A DNA stretch of 33,938 nucleotides from Octopus bimaculoides (taxonomy: Eukaryota). The notes under the pieces are model-generated. The model was not told the DNA's origin. It saw nothing but the letters and a program-made list of their open reading frames with translations, and did not search any database. Both the position numbers and the translations under genes were made by a program. Positions 1 to 12,642 of the stretch are shown one piece after another. The stretch's first letter is position 1, and each line of letters opens with the position of its first letter. Where the stretch lies: assembly GCF_001194135.2 (NCBI RefSeq), contig NC_068994.1, positions 2,183,016 through 2,216,953 of the forward strand, written 5' to 3'.

Positions 1-140
1 TATATATATATATGTATATACATGTATATACATGTATATATATATATGTATATATATGTATATGTATATATACATGTATATATATGTATATGTATATATA
101 TATGCATATATTACCCCCCACACACACACACACACACACA
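1..140. repeat. (TA)n/(TATG)n and (CA)n microsatellite
   Basis: Directly visible simple repeats. Confidence 0.95.
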
Positions 141-149
141 TTCGAACAC

Positions 150-400
150 AGCATCAAAATGGCAAAATGGTCATTTATGGGCAGTTTGCTATTCCGGCAA
201 TGGACACTTGGACATGATTCAACGCATGGCAGGGTTGTGTTGGTCCCTAGTGTCAGCTCCAGCAGGGTTTCCACAGCGTTTTGACCTTCCTGGTTGTCAC
301 TCACTTTGCAGAACACACTGGCTGCTTTTGTCATAGTGCCAGCACCAAGTAACTTGCATGACAAGGACTCTGCACTGCCTGGGATAAGGTGGCTCTGGGC
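150..400 (-). mobile_element. Degenerate SINE-like copy
   Basis: Reverse complement (gagtccttgtcatgcaagttacttggtg...gtgttctgcaaagtgagtgacaaccaggaaggtcaaaacgctgtggaaacc) loosely resembles the better preserved copy at 10293-10474. Highly diverged. Confidence 0.4.
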
Positions 401-600
401 CTCGTGTGGAGAGGCTGAGGAAAGGGAGAGGAATAGGGGACCTGCTGTAGAGGGTATACATGGGTACCCCAGCAGGAAAGGGAGGAAAAGTGGTGGAAAT
501 AAAGGATCAGTGCATACATTCAAGATACAATTATTTGGATAGGGAGTAAATATGAGGCTGGGTGGTTTCGTAGGGGGTAGGGATGATATATATATATATA

Positions 601-815
601 CCGGAGTAAGCACATGAAATGTGCAACAAGGTGGAAAAAAGAGTACTCAAATACCAGAGGTAGAGTAATATGCTTTATTTAAAAGCAGCAGAAATATAAC
701 AAAAAAACCGTTACTCTGAGTTTCACGTTCCCGTTCATCGAACAGTTTGAACGGGAACGTGAAACTCAGAGTAACGGTTTTTTTGTTATATTTCTGCTGC
801 TTTTAAATAAAGTAT
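601..815. mobile_element. Palindromic MITE-like element, truncated by an assembly gap
   Basis: Perfect 65-bp inverted repeat: 673-737 versus 748-812, 10-nt loop tcgaacagtt. The element starts at ccggagtaag immediately after a (TA)n tract, and the right arm runs into the Ns. Resembles an abundant octopus palindromic repeat (recalled). Confidence 0.7.
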
Positions 816-1655
816 NNNNNNNNNNNNNNNNNNNNNNNNNNNNNNNNNNNNNNNNNNNNNNNNNNNNNNNNNNNNNNNNNNNNNNNNNNNNNNNNNNNNN
901 NNNNNNNNNNNNNNNNNNNNNNNNNNNNNNNNNNNNNNNNNNNNNNNNNNNNNNNNNNNNNNNNNNNNNNNNNNNNNNNNNNNNNNNNNNNNNNNNNNNN
1001 NNNNNNNNNNNNNNNNNNNNNNNNNNNNNNNNNNNNNNNNNNNNNNNNNNNNNNNNNNNNNNNNNNNNNNNNNNNNNNNNNNNNNNNNNNNNNNNNNNNN
1101 NNNNNNNNNNNNNNNNNNNNNNNNNNNNNNNNNNNNNNNNNNNNNNNNNNNNNNNNNNNNNNNNNNNNNNNNNNNNNNNNNNNNNNNNNNNNNNNNNNNN
1201 NNNNNNNNNNNNNNNNNNNNNNNNNNNNNNNNNNNNNNNNNNNNNNNNNNNNNNNNNNNNNNNNNNNNNNNNNNNNNNNNNNNNNNNNNNNNNNNNNNNN
1301 NNNNNNNNNNNNNNNNNNNNNNNNNNNNNNNNNNNNNNNNNNNNNNNNNNNNNNNNNNNNNNNNNNNNNNNNNNNNNNNNNNNNNNNNNNNNNNNNNNNN
1401 NNNNNNNNNNNNNNNNNNNNNNNNNNNNNNNNNNNNNNNNNNNNNNNNNNNNNNNNNNNNNNNNNNNNNNNNNNNNNNNNNNNNNNNNNNNNNNNNNNNN
1501 NNNNNNNNNNNNNNNNNNNNNNNNNNNNNNNNNNNNNNNNNNNNNNNNNNNNNNNNNNNNNNNNNNNNNNNNNNNNNNNNNNNNNNNNNNNNNNNNNNNN
1601 NNNNNNNNNNNNNNNNNNNNNNNNNNNNNNNNNNNNNNNNNNNNNNNNNNNNNNN
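816..1655. other. Assembly gap
   Basis: N run. Confidence 1.
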
Positions 1656-1713
<58 letters not shown>

Positions 1714-2141
1714 AATATGTATAGACTCATGCACACACACAAATATATATATGTATATACATAGACAAATATTGATAGATAAATAGTTATATATACAAAT
1801 ACATATGCATACATACAAGTATACATCAAAAACATTTGAACAACCTAAGTGAAATTTACTGTCTCAATCAACACAAATTACTCCATTGTATATATGTAAG
1901 TATGTATGTATATAGACAACACATGCACACACATTATATATAGACATACAAGAATATATACATACCCCAAGAATATACATTTGGGAATATTCTAAAAGCA
2001 TAGCTGACTGACTCTAGATGAACAACAATAAATAAATGAGAAAGTATATAAACGTACACACTTCTATATGTAACCATGAAGTACACACCTATTATACATA
2101 CATGCATATATGCACACACACATAATATATATGTATGTATT

Positions 2142-2212
<71 letters not shown>

Positions 2213-2980
2213 NNNNNNNNNNNNNNNNNNNNNNNNNNNNNNNNNNNNNNNNNNNNNNNNNNNNNNNNNNNNNNNNNNNNNNNNNNNNNNNNNNNNNNNN
2301 NNNNNNNNNNNNNNNNNNNNNNNNNNNNNNNNNNNNNNNNNNNNNNNNNNNNNNNNNNNNNNNNNNNNNNNNNNNNNNNNNNNNNNNNNNNNNNNNNNNN
2401 NNNNNNNNNNNNNNNNNNNNNNNNNNNNNNNNNNNNNNNNNNNNNNNNNNNNNNNNNNNNNNNNNNNNNNNNNNNNNNNNNNNNNNNNNNNNNNNNNNNN
2501 NNNNNNNNNNNNNNNNNNNNNNNNNNNNNNNNNNNNNNNNNNNNNNNNNNNNNNNNNNNNNNNNNNNNNNNNNNNNNNNNNNNNNNNNNNNNNNNNNNNN
2601 NNNNNNNNNNNNNNNNNNNNNNNNNNNNNNNNNNNNNNNNNNNNNNNNNNNNNNNNNNNNNNNNNNNNNNNNNNNNNNNNNNNNNNNNNNNNNNNNNNNN
2701 NNNNNNNNNNNNNNNNNNNNNNNNNNNNNNNNNNNNNNNNNNNNNNNNNNNNNNNNNNNNNNNNNNNNNNNNNNNNNNNNNNNNNNNNNNNNNNNNNNNN
2801 NNNNNNNNNNNNNNNNNNNNNNNNNNNNNNNNNNNNNNNNNNNNNNNNNNNNNNNNNNNNNNNNNNNNNNNNNNNNNNNNNNNNNNNNNNNNNNNNNNNN
2901 NNNNNNNNNNNNNNNNNNNNNNNNNNNNNNNNNNNNNNNNNNNNNNNNNNNNNNNNNNNNNNNNNNNNNNNNNNNNNNNT
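2213..2980. other. Assembly gap flanked by (TA)n
   Basis: N run. Confidence 1.
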
Positions 2981-3127
2981 ATATATATATTTGTGTGTGT
3001 GTGTGTATACACAGGTATATATCCACACAGACACACATGCTAAAAGTTGTACATAGTAATGTAAATATACTAAACGCACACGTTCGTTCAGTTTAAAATG
3101 AGAATCAAACCCACCACCCCCACCACC

Positions 3128-3195
3128 ATCACCTCTCTCATCCTTTCTTTTTCTCTCCCTCTCTTCCTCTCTCTCCCTCTTTCTCTCCATCTCTC

Positions 3196-3235
<40 letters not shown>

Positions 3236-3252
3236 TCTCTCTCTTTCTCTCT
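3128..3252. repeat. (CT)n polypyrimidine microsatellite
   Basis: Directly visible. Confidence 0.9.
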
Positions 3253-3547
3253 TAAAACAATGATGCTGCTTACTTGCATTGGTGCTGTGCAGTGATGACT
3301 CTTTTTTTGCAGCTGTTTATCTCCGGCTGGGAGTAACTGTTTCCCCCAACACGAGCCACTCAATGCTGAATGCCGTGTCAACACAAACACACACACACAC
3401 ACACACACACACTCCCGTGCACTCTTTCAATGACAACTTCTTACACACTCACATTCTCTTTCACTCTCTCTCTCTCGCTTTCTTACTTTCACTCCATCTC
3501 TCTCTATCTATCTACTTTCTATCTGAGCATCTGTGAATATATGTACC

Positions 3548-3780
3548 TGTGTGTGTGTGTGTGTGTATAGACAGATAGATAGATTGGTAGATAGATAGAT
3601 AGATAGATAGATGCATACATACATCCATACATATAGTTACCGATATTACATATGTGTGTATAGATAGATAGATACATACATACATACATACATACATACA
3701 TACATACATACATACATACATACATACATACATACATACATACATACATACTTACATACATACATACACACATACAGATA
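3548..3780. repeat. Compound (TG)n/(GATA)n/(TACA)n microsatellite
   Basis: Directly visible; long (TACA)n run at about 3674-3765. Confidence 0.95.
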
Positions 3781-3976
3781 GTTACCTATATTTCATATGT
3801 GTGTGTGCATGTGTGTGCATAGATAGATAGATAGATAGATACATGCATATATACATAGAGTAATAAACATTACGTGTGAGTGTGTGTGTATGTGTTTGTA
3901 TGTGTGTGAGTACATATATATACATATATACATACATAGATAGTTAGATATGGTTATATGTATATTGTATGTGTGC

Positions 3977-4009
<33 letters not shown>

Positions 4010-4149
4010 TATACATACACACATATACATGCATACATACATAGATACAGCCACATATATATATTTATATATTTAATGAGAACTGCTTATTCATAACATT
4101 TGTGCGTGTATATGTCTGTGCATGAATGTGTGTGGGTGTGTGATTGTAT

Positions 4150-4230
4150 GCAGTTATTCAGTGCAGTAGCGCACTCATTACGTGTACACTTCATTGTGCA
4201 TGAAGTGCAGTGTTCAAATCCCCTTGTGGC
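4150..4230 (+). pseudogene. Decayed tRNA-like sequence or tRNA-derived SINE head (His-like GTG loop)
   Basis: 7-bp stem cacttca/tgaagtg (4187-4193, 4201-4207) with 7-nt loop TTGTGCA, followed by B-box-like GTTCAAATCC. Acceptor stem and D arm pair poorly. Confidence 0.3.
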
Positions 4231-4741
4231 TATTTGCATATGTACATACATCTACATATGTATCTGCAACAACTACACTTGTGTGTGTGTGTGTGTTTGT
4301 GTGTGTGTTTGTGTTTGGGGGGAGGGGGTGTAGGCTATATAACAAATGTGTACCTGTGATTATAGGTGAACAAGTAAATACATGCAAAACTCTGCATGTG
4401 TGCGTGTGCATCTGAGACATGTTTAGATGTATATCAAGTATATGCATATTTGTGGCTATGTGTGTCTATGTACATAAATGTATATGTATGTATTTGTGTT
4501 TGTGTATGTAAGTATACACATATATATATATTTATATATATATATATGTATGTATGTATGTATATATATATATGCTATATAATATATTGTTAATAATATC
4601 AGAAAATTAGTATCAGAAAATTCTCCTGAAAGATATTTATGTGTGTAGAATAATTGTATCAAAAATATAAATATACATAAATATATGTAAATATGTATAA
4701 ATATAAATATATAATAATAAATATGACAGTTTATATATATA

Positions 4742-5443
4742 NNNNNNNNNNNNNNNNNNNNNNNNNNNNNNNNNNNNNNNNNNNNNNNNNNNNNNNNNNN
4801 NNNNNNNNNNNNNNNNNNNNNNNNNNNNNNNNNNNNNNNNNNNNNNNNNNNNNNNNNNNNNNNNNNNNNNNNNNNNNNNNNNNNNNNNNNNNNNNNNNNN
4901 NNNNNNNNNNNNNNNNNNNNNNNNNNNNNNNNNNNNNNNNNNNNNNNNNNNNNNNNNNNNNNNNNNNNNNNNNNNNNNNNNNNNNNNNNNNNNNNNNNNN
5001 NNNNNNNNNNNNNNNNNNNNNNNNNNNNNNNNNNNNNNNNNNNNNNNNNNNNNNNNNNNNNNNNNNNNNNNNNNNNNNNNNNNNNNNNNNNNNNNNNNNN
5101 NNNNNNNNNNNNNNNNNNNNNNNNNNNNNNNNNNNNNNNNNNNNNNNNNNNNNNNNNNNNNNNNNNNNNNNNNNNNNNNNNNNNNNNNNNNNNNNNNNNN
5201 NNNNNNNNNNNNNNNNNNNNNNNNNNNNNNNNNNNNNNNNNNNNNNNNNNNNNNNNNNNNNNNNNNNNNNNNNNNNNNNNNNNNNNNNNNNNNNNNNNNN
5301 NNNNNNNNNNNNNNNNNNNNNNNNNNNNNNNNNNNNNNNNNNNNNNNNNNNNNNNNNNNNNNNNNNNNNNNNNNNNNNNNNNNNNNNNNNNNNNNNNNNN
5401 NNNNNNNNNNNNNNNNNNNNNNNNNNNNNNNNNNNNNNNNNNN
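4742..5443. other. Assembly gap
   Basis: N run. Confidence 1.
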
Positions 5444-5492
<49 letters not shown>

Positions 5493-5913
5493 ATGTATTT
5501 ATGTGTGTGTTAATAGATAGGTAGGAAATGGAGAATGCAATATATCAATAGATAGACAGAAGGACGATTGAGAAACAGTGGCATAAATTGGAAATGTCTG
5601 TGTACACATTTTCACCAATTTGTATATATACATCCACCTACACACGTGTGTACATACATGTGTCTGCTTGTGTGTGTGTGTATGTGTGTATGCATGTGTG
5701 TGTGTGAGTGTGCTTGTGTTAATTTTATGATGGTGATGGGGTTTTGGCAGAGATGGTGTGAAGTGGTGGTGGTGGTGGTGGTTGTGACAATGTACACTTT
5801 GTGTGGACTTAGACAATAAATTGGTTTGCTGGGAGACAAACTCATTACTGCTATTTAAGATAGAAACATAATGGCTCGTTGTGGTCATTCAGTATTGTGT
5901 GTGAGGAGATAGC

Positions 5914-5945
<32 letters not shown>

Positions 5946-6429
5946 TAGATAGATGGATAGACAGACAGACAGTATGTATGTATGTATGTATAGATAGATA
6001 GACATCTTTATTAAGCCACACGGGGCTTAACAGAGAGGGGACAATACAATGTAGAATTTTCCTTTTTTCAAATCAATCAAAGGGGATAAAAAAATGGTGT
6101 GTTGATATTCCTGTGTATCTCCTGAATATGAATTCTATCTGCCAGTCACCCTCAAACCCCATTCCATCATCTAAACACCCTTAGTTTATATTGGGTACAC
6201 TGTAGGTGATTCCTGCTCACTCCTTGTCAACAGCTCACATATGTCTATTTCCTAAATTGCAGTGAAGTCCTGTCTTTTTCCCTGTAAACTAAAACATTTA
6301 TTTTTGCTAGGTTTACTTTAAAGATTCTTAATTCTCGGTTTTGTTTCCATGTTTGGAATTTCTGCTTTCATTCATTGATTCAGTTAAAAGAATTACATCA
6401 TTGGAACATATGGTTCCTCACAGACATTT

Positions 6430-7290
6430 ATGTCAATGAAGAACTGTAATATACAAGATAGAGAATGGCACTGAACCCTGCTTGGCTCCACCTGCCATGC
6501 CAAGATCCTCTCTGAACTCAATCCTAATTCTCACACTCCTGATAGTATCACCATACATTCTCACAAGCCATTTCTCCACACCAAGTCTGTTTATCAGTAA
6601 CCCTGAAATTAGAGAGTCTGCTACCCTGTCAAAGATCTTCCCCAACTCAACAAATACAGTGTCTTGGTCTTGACTAACTCTTGGTCCCTATAATTGTCTC
6701 ACAAGGAAGAACTAATTTTCTCCCTGACCAACTCTTCACAGTTTTGTCCATTCATTCAGCCTTTCTCCTTGGAGTTGCTTCTTTCTTCAACATCTCCTTT
6801 ACCTATTTAACAGTCGATAATGCTGCAGTGATAGTCATTGTCTATGACAACTTACTTTTATGATGTAAGTGCTTCATATATATCCCATATCTCACAGACT
6901 AAACCTGATTCTGCAACTGATTTACTTCATATCCTTAACCACATTTTCAAATCTTTGCTGTTCAAATTCAAAGTTGTTCCTTCTGTTGGATCAGCATGGA
7001 GTAGTCTCCCCTCCTCCCTCTGCACTCACTTTATGCAACAATTTCTTGTATTAACATTTCCAAATTTCATATCAGCACCAGTAGAGACACATCTTACCAT
7101 TACCCTTCCATACTCACTCATTTCCTCAACTACACTTTTATTTACACAGACACACTGTTTGGCAATCCAGAAAGCCTTGTGCCTCCTAAGTGGTAATAAC
7201 ATCTTGTCTTGTAGATAATTATTACTTTTGAGCTGTTTTATCATGTTATTTTTCAGTTGAACAAATATTACATCATTTTGAACCATTATT
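6430..7290 (-). mobile_element. Decayed RTE-clade LINE, ORF2 reverse transcriptase region
   Basis: Minus-strand translation across frameshifts and stops gives KAFWIAKQCV, HADPTEG, SIIDC*IGKGD, FVELGKIFDRV...LGVEKWLVRMY...KQGSVPFSILYITVL. These correspond in order to RTE RT motifs (pre-RT region, CYKGKGD, FVDxEKAFDRV, LGVxEWLV, HQGSVLSPLLF). Confidence 0.85.
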
Positions 7291-7545
7291 CCACTTAACT
7301 ATAAATCATGTGACATCACCCTTTTTTTTCCAGATATTCTTTGAGAGTGATGTAATATTTTCTCTGTTGTGTTTGAAAGATTTATGCATTGGTATAGTCT
7401 GTTTTGAAAAGAGTTTTCTGTTCGGCCAATATAAGACATAGAACCACAATATATTTCTGCTAGGACCTGTTTATGACAGATCTGCTAAGGTACTTATTAT
7501 GGAAGGGACCCAGGTTGGAGTTTTAACAATTTCAGTTATCTCATC
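7290..7545 (-). mobile_element. Penelope-like element remnant, GIY-YIG endonuclease region
   Basis: Minus strand reads GPFHNKYLSRSVINRS...GSMSYIGRTENSF, then after a frameshift HKSFKHNRENITSLSKNIWKK...FIVKW. This matches the PLE pattern CPLxxKCL..VIY..YIGxTE..F...HKSSF...T.LSKYIW...KW. Confidence 0.7.
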
Positions 7546-7842
7546 TTCGGTTTGTTCTCTTTGTATTGTAGTGTGCGTGGTGGTAGTGGTGGTGGTGGTA
7601 GCGGTGGTGGTATGCTTACTATTCTCTTTGAACATAAAATTGCATTTAGTTATGTATATAGTGCAAAAATATATGATATGGAGTGTGTATGTGTATATAT
7701 GTATGTATGTCTATTGTAAGTGTGTGTGTGTGTGTGTATAGAGAGGGGGGAGAGAGAAAATATGAAGAGAGATAGATACGTGGACATGCAGAGAGATAGA
7801 TACGTGGACATGTGTGTGTGTGTATGTATTATATACATATAG

Positions 7843-7873
<31 letters not shown>

Positions 7874-7902
7874 ATGTGTTTAAGCATATGTTTATATGCA
7901 GG

Positions 7903-7946
<44 letters not shown>

Positions 7947-9128
7947 AATGTGCCATTAGGTATGTGTATGTAGGAATGCATCTGCATACATATAGACAAA
8001 CCATTAAATAAGCACACAGATAATGTAATGCATAGCTTCATCTACATACTGCCACATTAACAGGACTATTCCATCACCACACTAACGCACTAAAACTTCT
8101 CCACATTAACTCACCCTTGATCTGCCAGAATCAAAGCAAGCAGCGGCAGTGGTGGTGGTGAGGAGGAGGAGGGTAATTGTAAGAAAGGTACAAAGTTGAG
8201 ACGAGAGTAGGGTCCTCCACATTGTCCTGCATTCATGGCTGGGACCCTATTGACCACAGAAGGATGAAAGGTAAAATTTGAATTCAGAACAGCACTCATA
8301 AACTGGATATCACACACACACACTCAGAATTTCATTATTGCACACATAAGCGTTTCATATCACACACTTATAAACTGGAAATCCCATATTCATAACCTGT
8401 TATCACACATCCTTGTAATTCATTTATCACACACACACACACACACACACACATGCATAAACTTCTTTCACACACCTCCATAAACTGTTTATTACTCCCC
8501 TATAAACTAGATATCAGGCCCTCCTAAACTGTGTACCACACTTTGACTGTGATCAATACAAACACAAAGAGATGATAAACCAACTGAAACGAAAGCTTAG
8601 TCATAAAGCAGCTGATACATGAGACAAATCATAAACTGTAATGGTTTATGTAAAAGACAAGTCATAGTGTGAGTGTAAGGTCGGTCATTAAATGAGGTGT
8701 AGGGAGAGACACATCATAAAGATATAAACCGAGATGAGACTATGCATGCGGATGGTATGGCCATGGTATGGCAAACTACTACGCAACTAACATTGTTGGT
8801 ATGATGAAGGTATGGTGTTGTACCCCAACCACACATCTCGTATTACTGGTACTGCAATGGTATTGTGACTAACCACACAGCCGAAACTGATGGTATGGCA
8901 TGGTGAAGTGTATAGTCATGGTATGGTGGACAACTACATGACTAACACTGATGGTATGATGAAGGTATGGTGGCTTTAGCTCACACTTGACATTGATGGT
9001 AAGTAACAGCATGGTGTCTCTCTCTCTAGCCACACCACTACCATTGGTGGTTAGGGTGCTGCTACAGAGACTTAAGCACACCCACTTAACATTTGTGGGT
9101 AGCAGCAGCTTCAGTTAGTCAATGCTAC

Positions 9129-9196
9129 ACCACCACCACCACCACCACCACCACCACCACCACCACCATCACCACCACCACCATCATCATCATCAG
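9129..9196. repeat. (CAC)n/(CAT)n microsatellite
   Basis: Directly visible. Confidence 0.9.
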
Positions 9197-9634
9197 CGTC
9201 ATTGTCGTTGTTGTGTTTGATGTTATTCAGTAAAGTTTTCAGAGTAGAACAGAAGAAGATGAAGGGAGGAAGCGTTGCCCTGAGGCTCCCCACCATTTAC
9301 TGTAGCAGCTAATAGAGATCTGATCTGAAACTATTGTGATCTTATAAGGTCATTGGAGTTGCAGAAATCAATAAAGAAATAACTCCAGAGTCAATATTTC
9401 ATTGGATAGAAAGCTTAAACAAGTCTCTCAACCCCCTCTCTTTTTACTATTGCTATGTAAATGATATCAGAATATTGTCATTTAAAATCAACAACTATTT
9501 CTTATATATATATATATATTCCTAGTATCAGAAAACAAAATAAAATATAAAACTGTTACATAAATACATCTATATTTTATCTACAGTCTCAATATTATAT
9601 CTGCAATATATATATCTATTTATTAATTTCTCTC

Positions 9635-9761
9635 NNNNNNNNNNNNNNNNNNNNNNNNNNNNNNNNNNNNNNNNNNNNNNNNNNNNNNNNNNNNNNNNNN
9701 NNNNNNNNNNNNNNNNNNNNNNNNNNNNNNNNNNNNNNNNNNNNNNNNNNNNNNNNNNNNN
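9635..9761. other. Assembly gap
   Basis: N run. Confidence 1.
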
Positions 9762-9820
<59 letters not shown>

Positions 9821-10292
9821 GATATATATACGTATATGTATATATTAAATGCTGGAGAATCAAAGAGACTCACCATATTATTTGTTTAGATAAATTAAAA
9901 TGCATGGAATGGGATCTCAATGATGGGAGCCAGATTTTGAAGAATGTCAGTTTACTAGTTTTAAAGGGTGTGGTCAAAAATATACCTCCCACATTTTGCA
10001 AAATGACAGACATTTAAAACACAAATACAAGTTGTGCACCAGGCCAAAACATGAGGGGAACCGAAAAGTAGGATAAGCCATTATTGACGTCATAAGAACA
10101 TGAACCAATTCTTCTTTTGAACACCTCAAAGCACGCACATAAAACTATAAAAAAGGGTTTCAAATTTTGGCAAAATGGCAACAGTTTTTGAGGAGGTGGA
10201 GCTAAATTGATTATATTAATCCCACAGTTCAACTGGTACTTTTTCCATCAAGCCCAAAGGTAAAGTCAGCCTGAGCCTAACTTGAACTCAAA

Positions 10293-10474
10293 ATCATCAT
10301 CATCATAGTTTAACGTCCATTTTCCATGCTGGCATGGGTTGGATGGTTTGACTGAGGACTGGTGAGCCAGAAGGCTACACCAGGCTCAATCTGATCTGGC
10401 AAAGTTTCTACAGCTGGATGCCCTTCCTAACGCCAAACACTCTGAGAGTGTAGTGGGTGTTTTTACGTGCCACC
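10293..10474 (-). mobile_element. SINE 3' portion with (GAT)n tail, family A
   Basis: catcatcat...tttaacgtccattttccatgctggcatgggttggatggtttgactgagg...ggatgcccttcctaacgcc. A 78-nt part is 75/78 identical to the inverted copy at 14044-14121. Confidence 0.85.
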
Positions 10475-10820
10475 GTGAGTGGATTTGGTAGACGGAAACT
10501 GAAAGAAGCCTGTTGTATATATGTGTGTGTGTGTGTGTGTGTGTTTGTCACTCCTTGTCTTGACTTAACTTGATAGCAGTAAGTGTACACCATTGTCATA
10601 CAATACATGTTTTTTAGTTTCCAGTCTTCCAGGAAAACATGTCAGGCCACAGGAAGATATTACCTTACTTGGAAAAAGGTGAGGGTTAGCAACAGGAAGA
10701 GCATCTTCCCATAGAAAATTTGCCTCAATGAATATCATGTGACCCATGCCGACATGGGAAAATGGATGCTAAAACAATGACGATGATGATGACGATGATG
10801 ATGATGATGATGATGATGAT
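10475..10820 (+). mobile_element. 5'-truncated SINE with internal (TG)n and (GAT)n tail
   Basis: gtgagtggatttggtagacggaaactgaaagaagcc...(TG)n...gacccatgccgacatgggaaaatggatgctaaaac followed by a (GAT)n tail. Its 3' end is a diverged version of the family A end. Confidence 0.75.
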
Positions 10821-11538
10821 CACAATGATATCTGGTCCAGGGCAGCTGGCATAGTGAAGCGAAGAACCTACACACTGAAGTCCAAACATGGCCCCCACTG
10901 CATAATCGTTCATGTTTTTCACTGGAATAAATCAGTCGTCTTGATTAATGATTAACCATGATTTACCAAAGGTGAATGCAGCAAATAACTAATTCAAGGT
11001 TCACACCACACGACTTTCTTATCAATATTAACTCAACATATAGCATAGTGCGGCTACCTTATGTTCATTGCATGTGTGTGTGTACATACACACATATATA
11101 TATATACTAATATATATGTAATATATGGCTATATATATGTATGTATATATATATATGGTTATATATATCAGTATATATATATATCTATATGTATGTATAA
11201 ATAATATATATACACGTATGTATATGTGTGTGTGTATTAGTACATGTATATTTTATGTGTGTGTATATATGTATATATGTTTTATATATACACATACATA
11301 TTTACATATGTATTCATGCATACATACATACATACACACATACACACATAGATTCACACACACACACACACACACATACATACCTGTTTCCGTGTTCAAA
11401 TGAAAGAAAAGACCATTCACTAGTTATTAATTCTGTGAAGTAGTTTATAATTAAACAGTTAATGATTCACCAGGACATGACTTGAAGTTTTCTACTTCAC
11501 ACAAGTATGACTCTGATCTCTGGAAGGCATTTCCTATA

Positions 11539-11660
<122 letters not shown>

Positions 11661-11764
11661 CACACAGATACATACACATGTATATATAAAACATGTATAT
11701 GTATATAAAGATACATAAGTATATGCGTTTGCTTGTATATATATATATTAACACATCTATATTA

Positions 11765-11824
<60 letters not shown>

Positions 11825-12384
11825 CATACATACATATATGCATTCATACATATATATATGTATGTATATAGATAGATAGATAGATAGATAGATTGGTAGA
11901 TATACATATACATATATATATATATATATATATATGTATTTATATATGCATATGTATATATATATATGCATATATAAATGCATACATACATATATACGCG
12001 TGCGTGTGTGTGTGTGTGCATGCGTGTGTGTGTATGCATATGTGTATGTATACATACATATATATATATACATATGCATATATGTATGTATATGCATATG
12101 TATATACATACATGTGATGTTATACTTGCCCACCAGACCCCCCCCTCCTCTCACACCATTGAACAACAATAAACACTCCAGATGCTGGCAGTTTGTCTTG
12201 TGAAACGATAAACTCAGTCAAGTGTAACATCATGATTAGGGAGTTGGGGGTGGATGTGGGGAGGGGTCGCGGCGGGGAGCAGAGGGAAGCATAGGTCTCT
12301 GATGCAAGGTCAATGTCCGCACCTCCACCACCACCACCACTCACTCCACCTCCATCAACGTGGGAGGTTCGTCTGCATAGTAAC

Positions 12385-12465
12385 TCAACTTTCTAGAAAT
12401 AGCAGCCAAATCTCCCTTAAAATGCCATCTTGATCAGGGCATGTCTGGGGTCCAACAACAACAAT
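12385..12465 (-). repeat. Dispersed repeat fragment shared with 26020-26205
   Basis: ctagaaatagcagccaaa (12393-12410) is the exact reverse complement of tttggctgctatttctag (26183-26200). Both copies lie near a (GTT)n-type tract. Confidence 0.5.
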
Positions 12466-12642
12466 GACAACAACAACCACATCACCAGCAAGTTTGTCAT
12501 AACATGTCTTCTCTGTTAACTGATGTAGTTAGTAGTGGTGGTGGTGGTGGTGGTGGTCATTGTCGTTATCGTGGTGATGTTTTTGTTGTAGTAGCAGTGT
12601 GAGAGAGTGGGAGGGTTACTATGAGAAACAGTGATGACTGTA

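Noticed and set aside
766-3190. Long ORFs of 300-418 aa in the ORF track (also at 4693, 12964, 20930, 24527 and 26223)
   Set aside because: They span N-gaps and (TA)n/(CA)n tracts; these repeats contain no in-frame stops in some frames.
3268-3370. Possible minus-strand exon LSGSCWGKQLLPAGDKQLQKKSHHCTAPMQ ending at gtaagc
   Set aside because: Poor acceptor with no polypyrimidine tract, and no recognisable homology.
6005-6420. Possible 3' tail of another LINE next to the RTE fragment
   Set aside because: Only a vague recalled resemblance; no motif could be demonstrated.
8111-8323. 70-aa minus ORF and an AGG|GTGAGT donor near 8115
   Set aside because: Part of the ORF is a SINE family C fragment and a trinucleotide repeat; the implied 7-nt microexon has no support.
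11385-11435. Possible 49-nt minus exon ELITSEWSFLSFEHGN with CAG|GTATGT
   Set aside because: The donor is partly created by the adjacent (TATG)n repeat, the acceptor is weak, and there is no homology.
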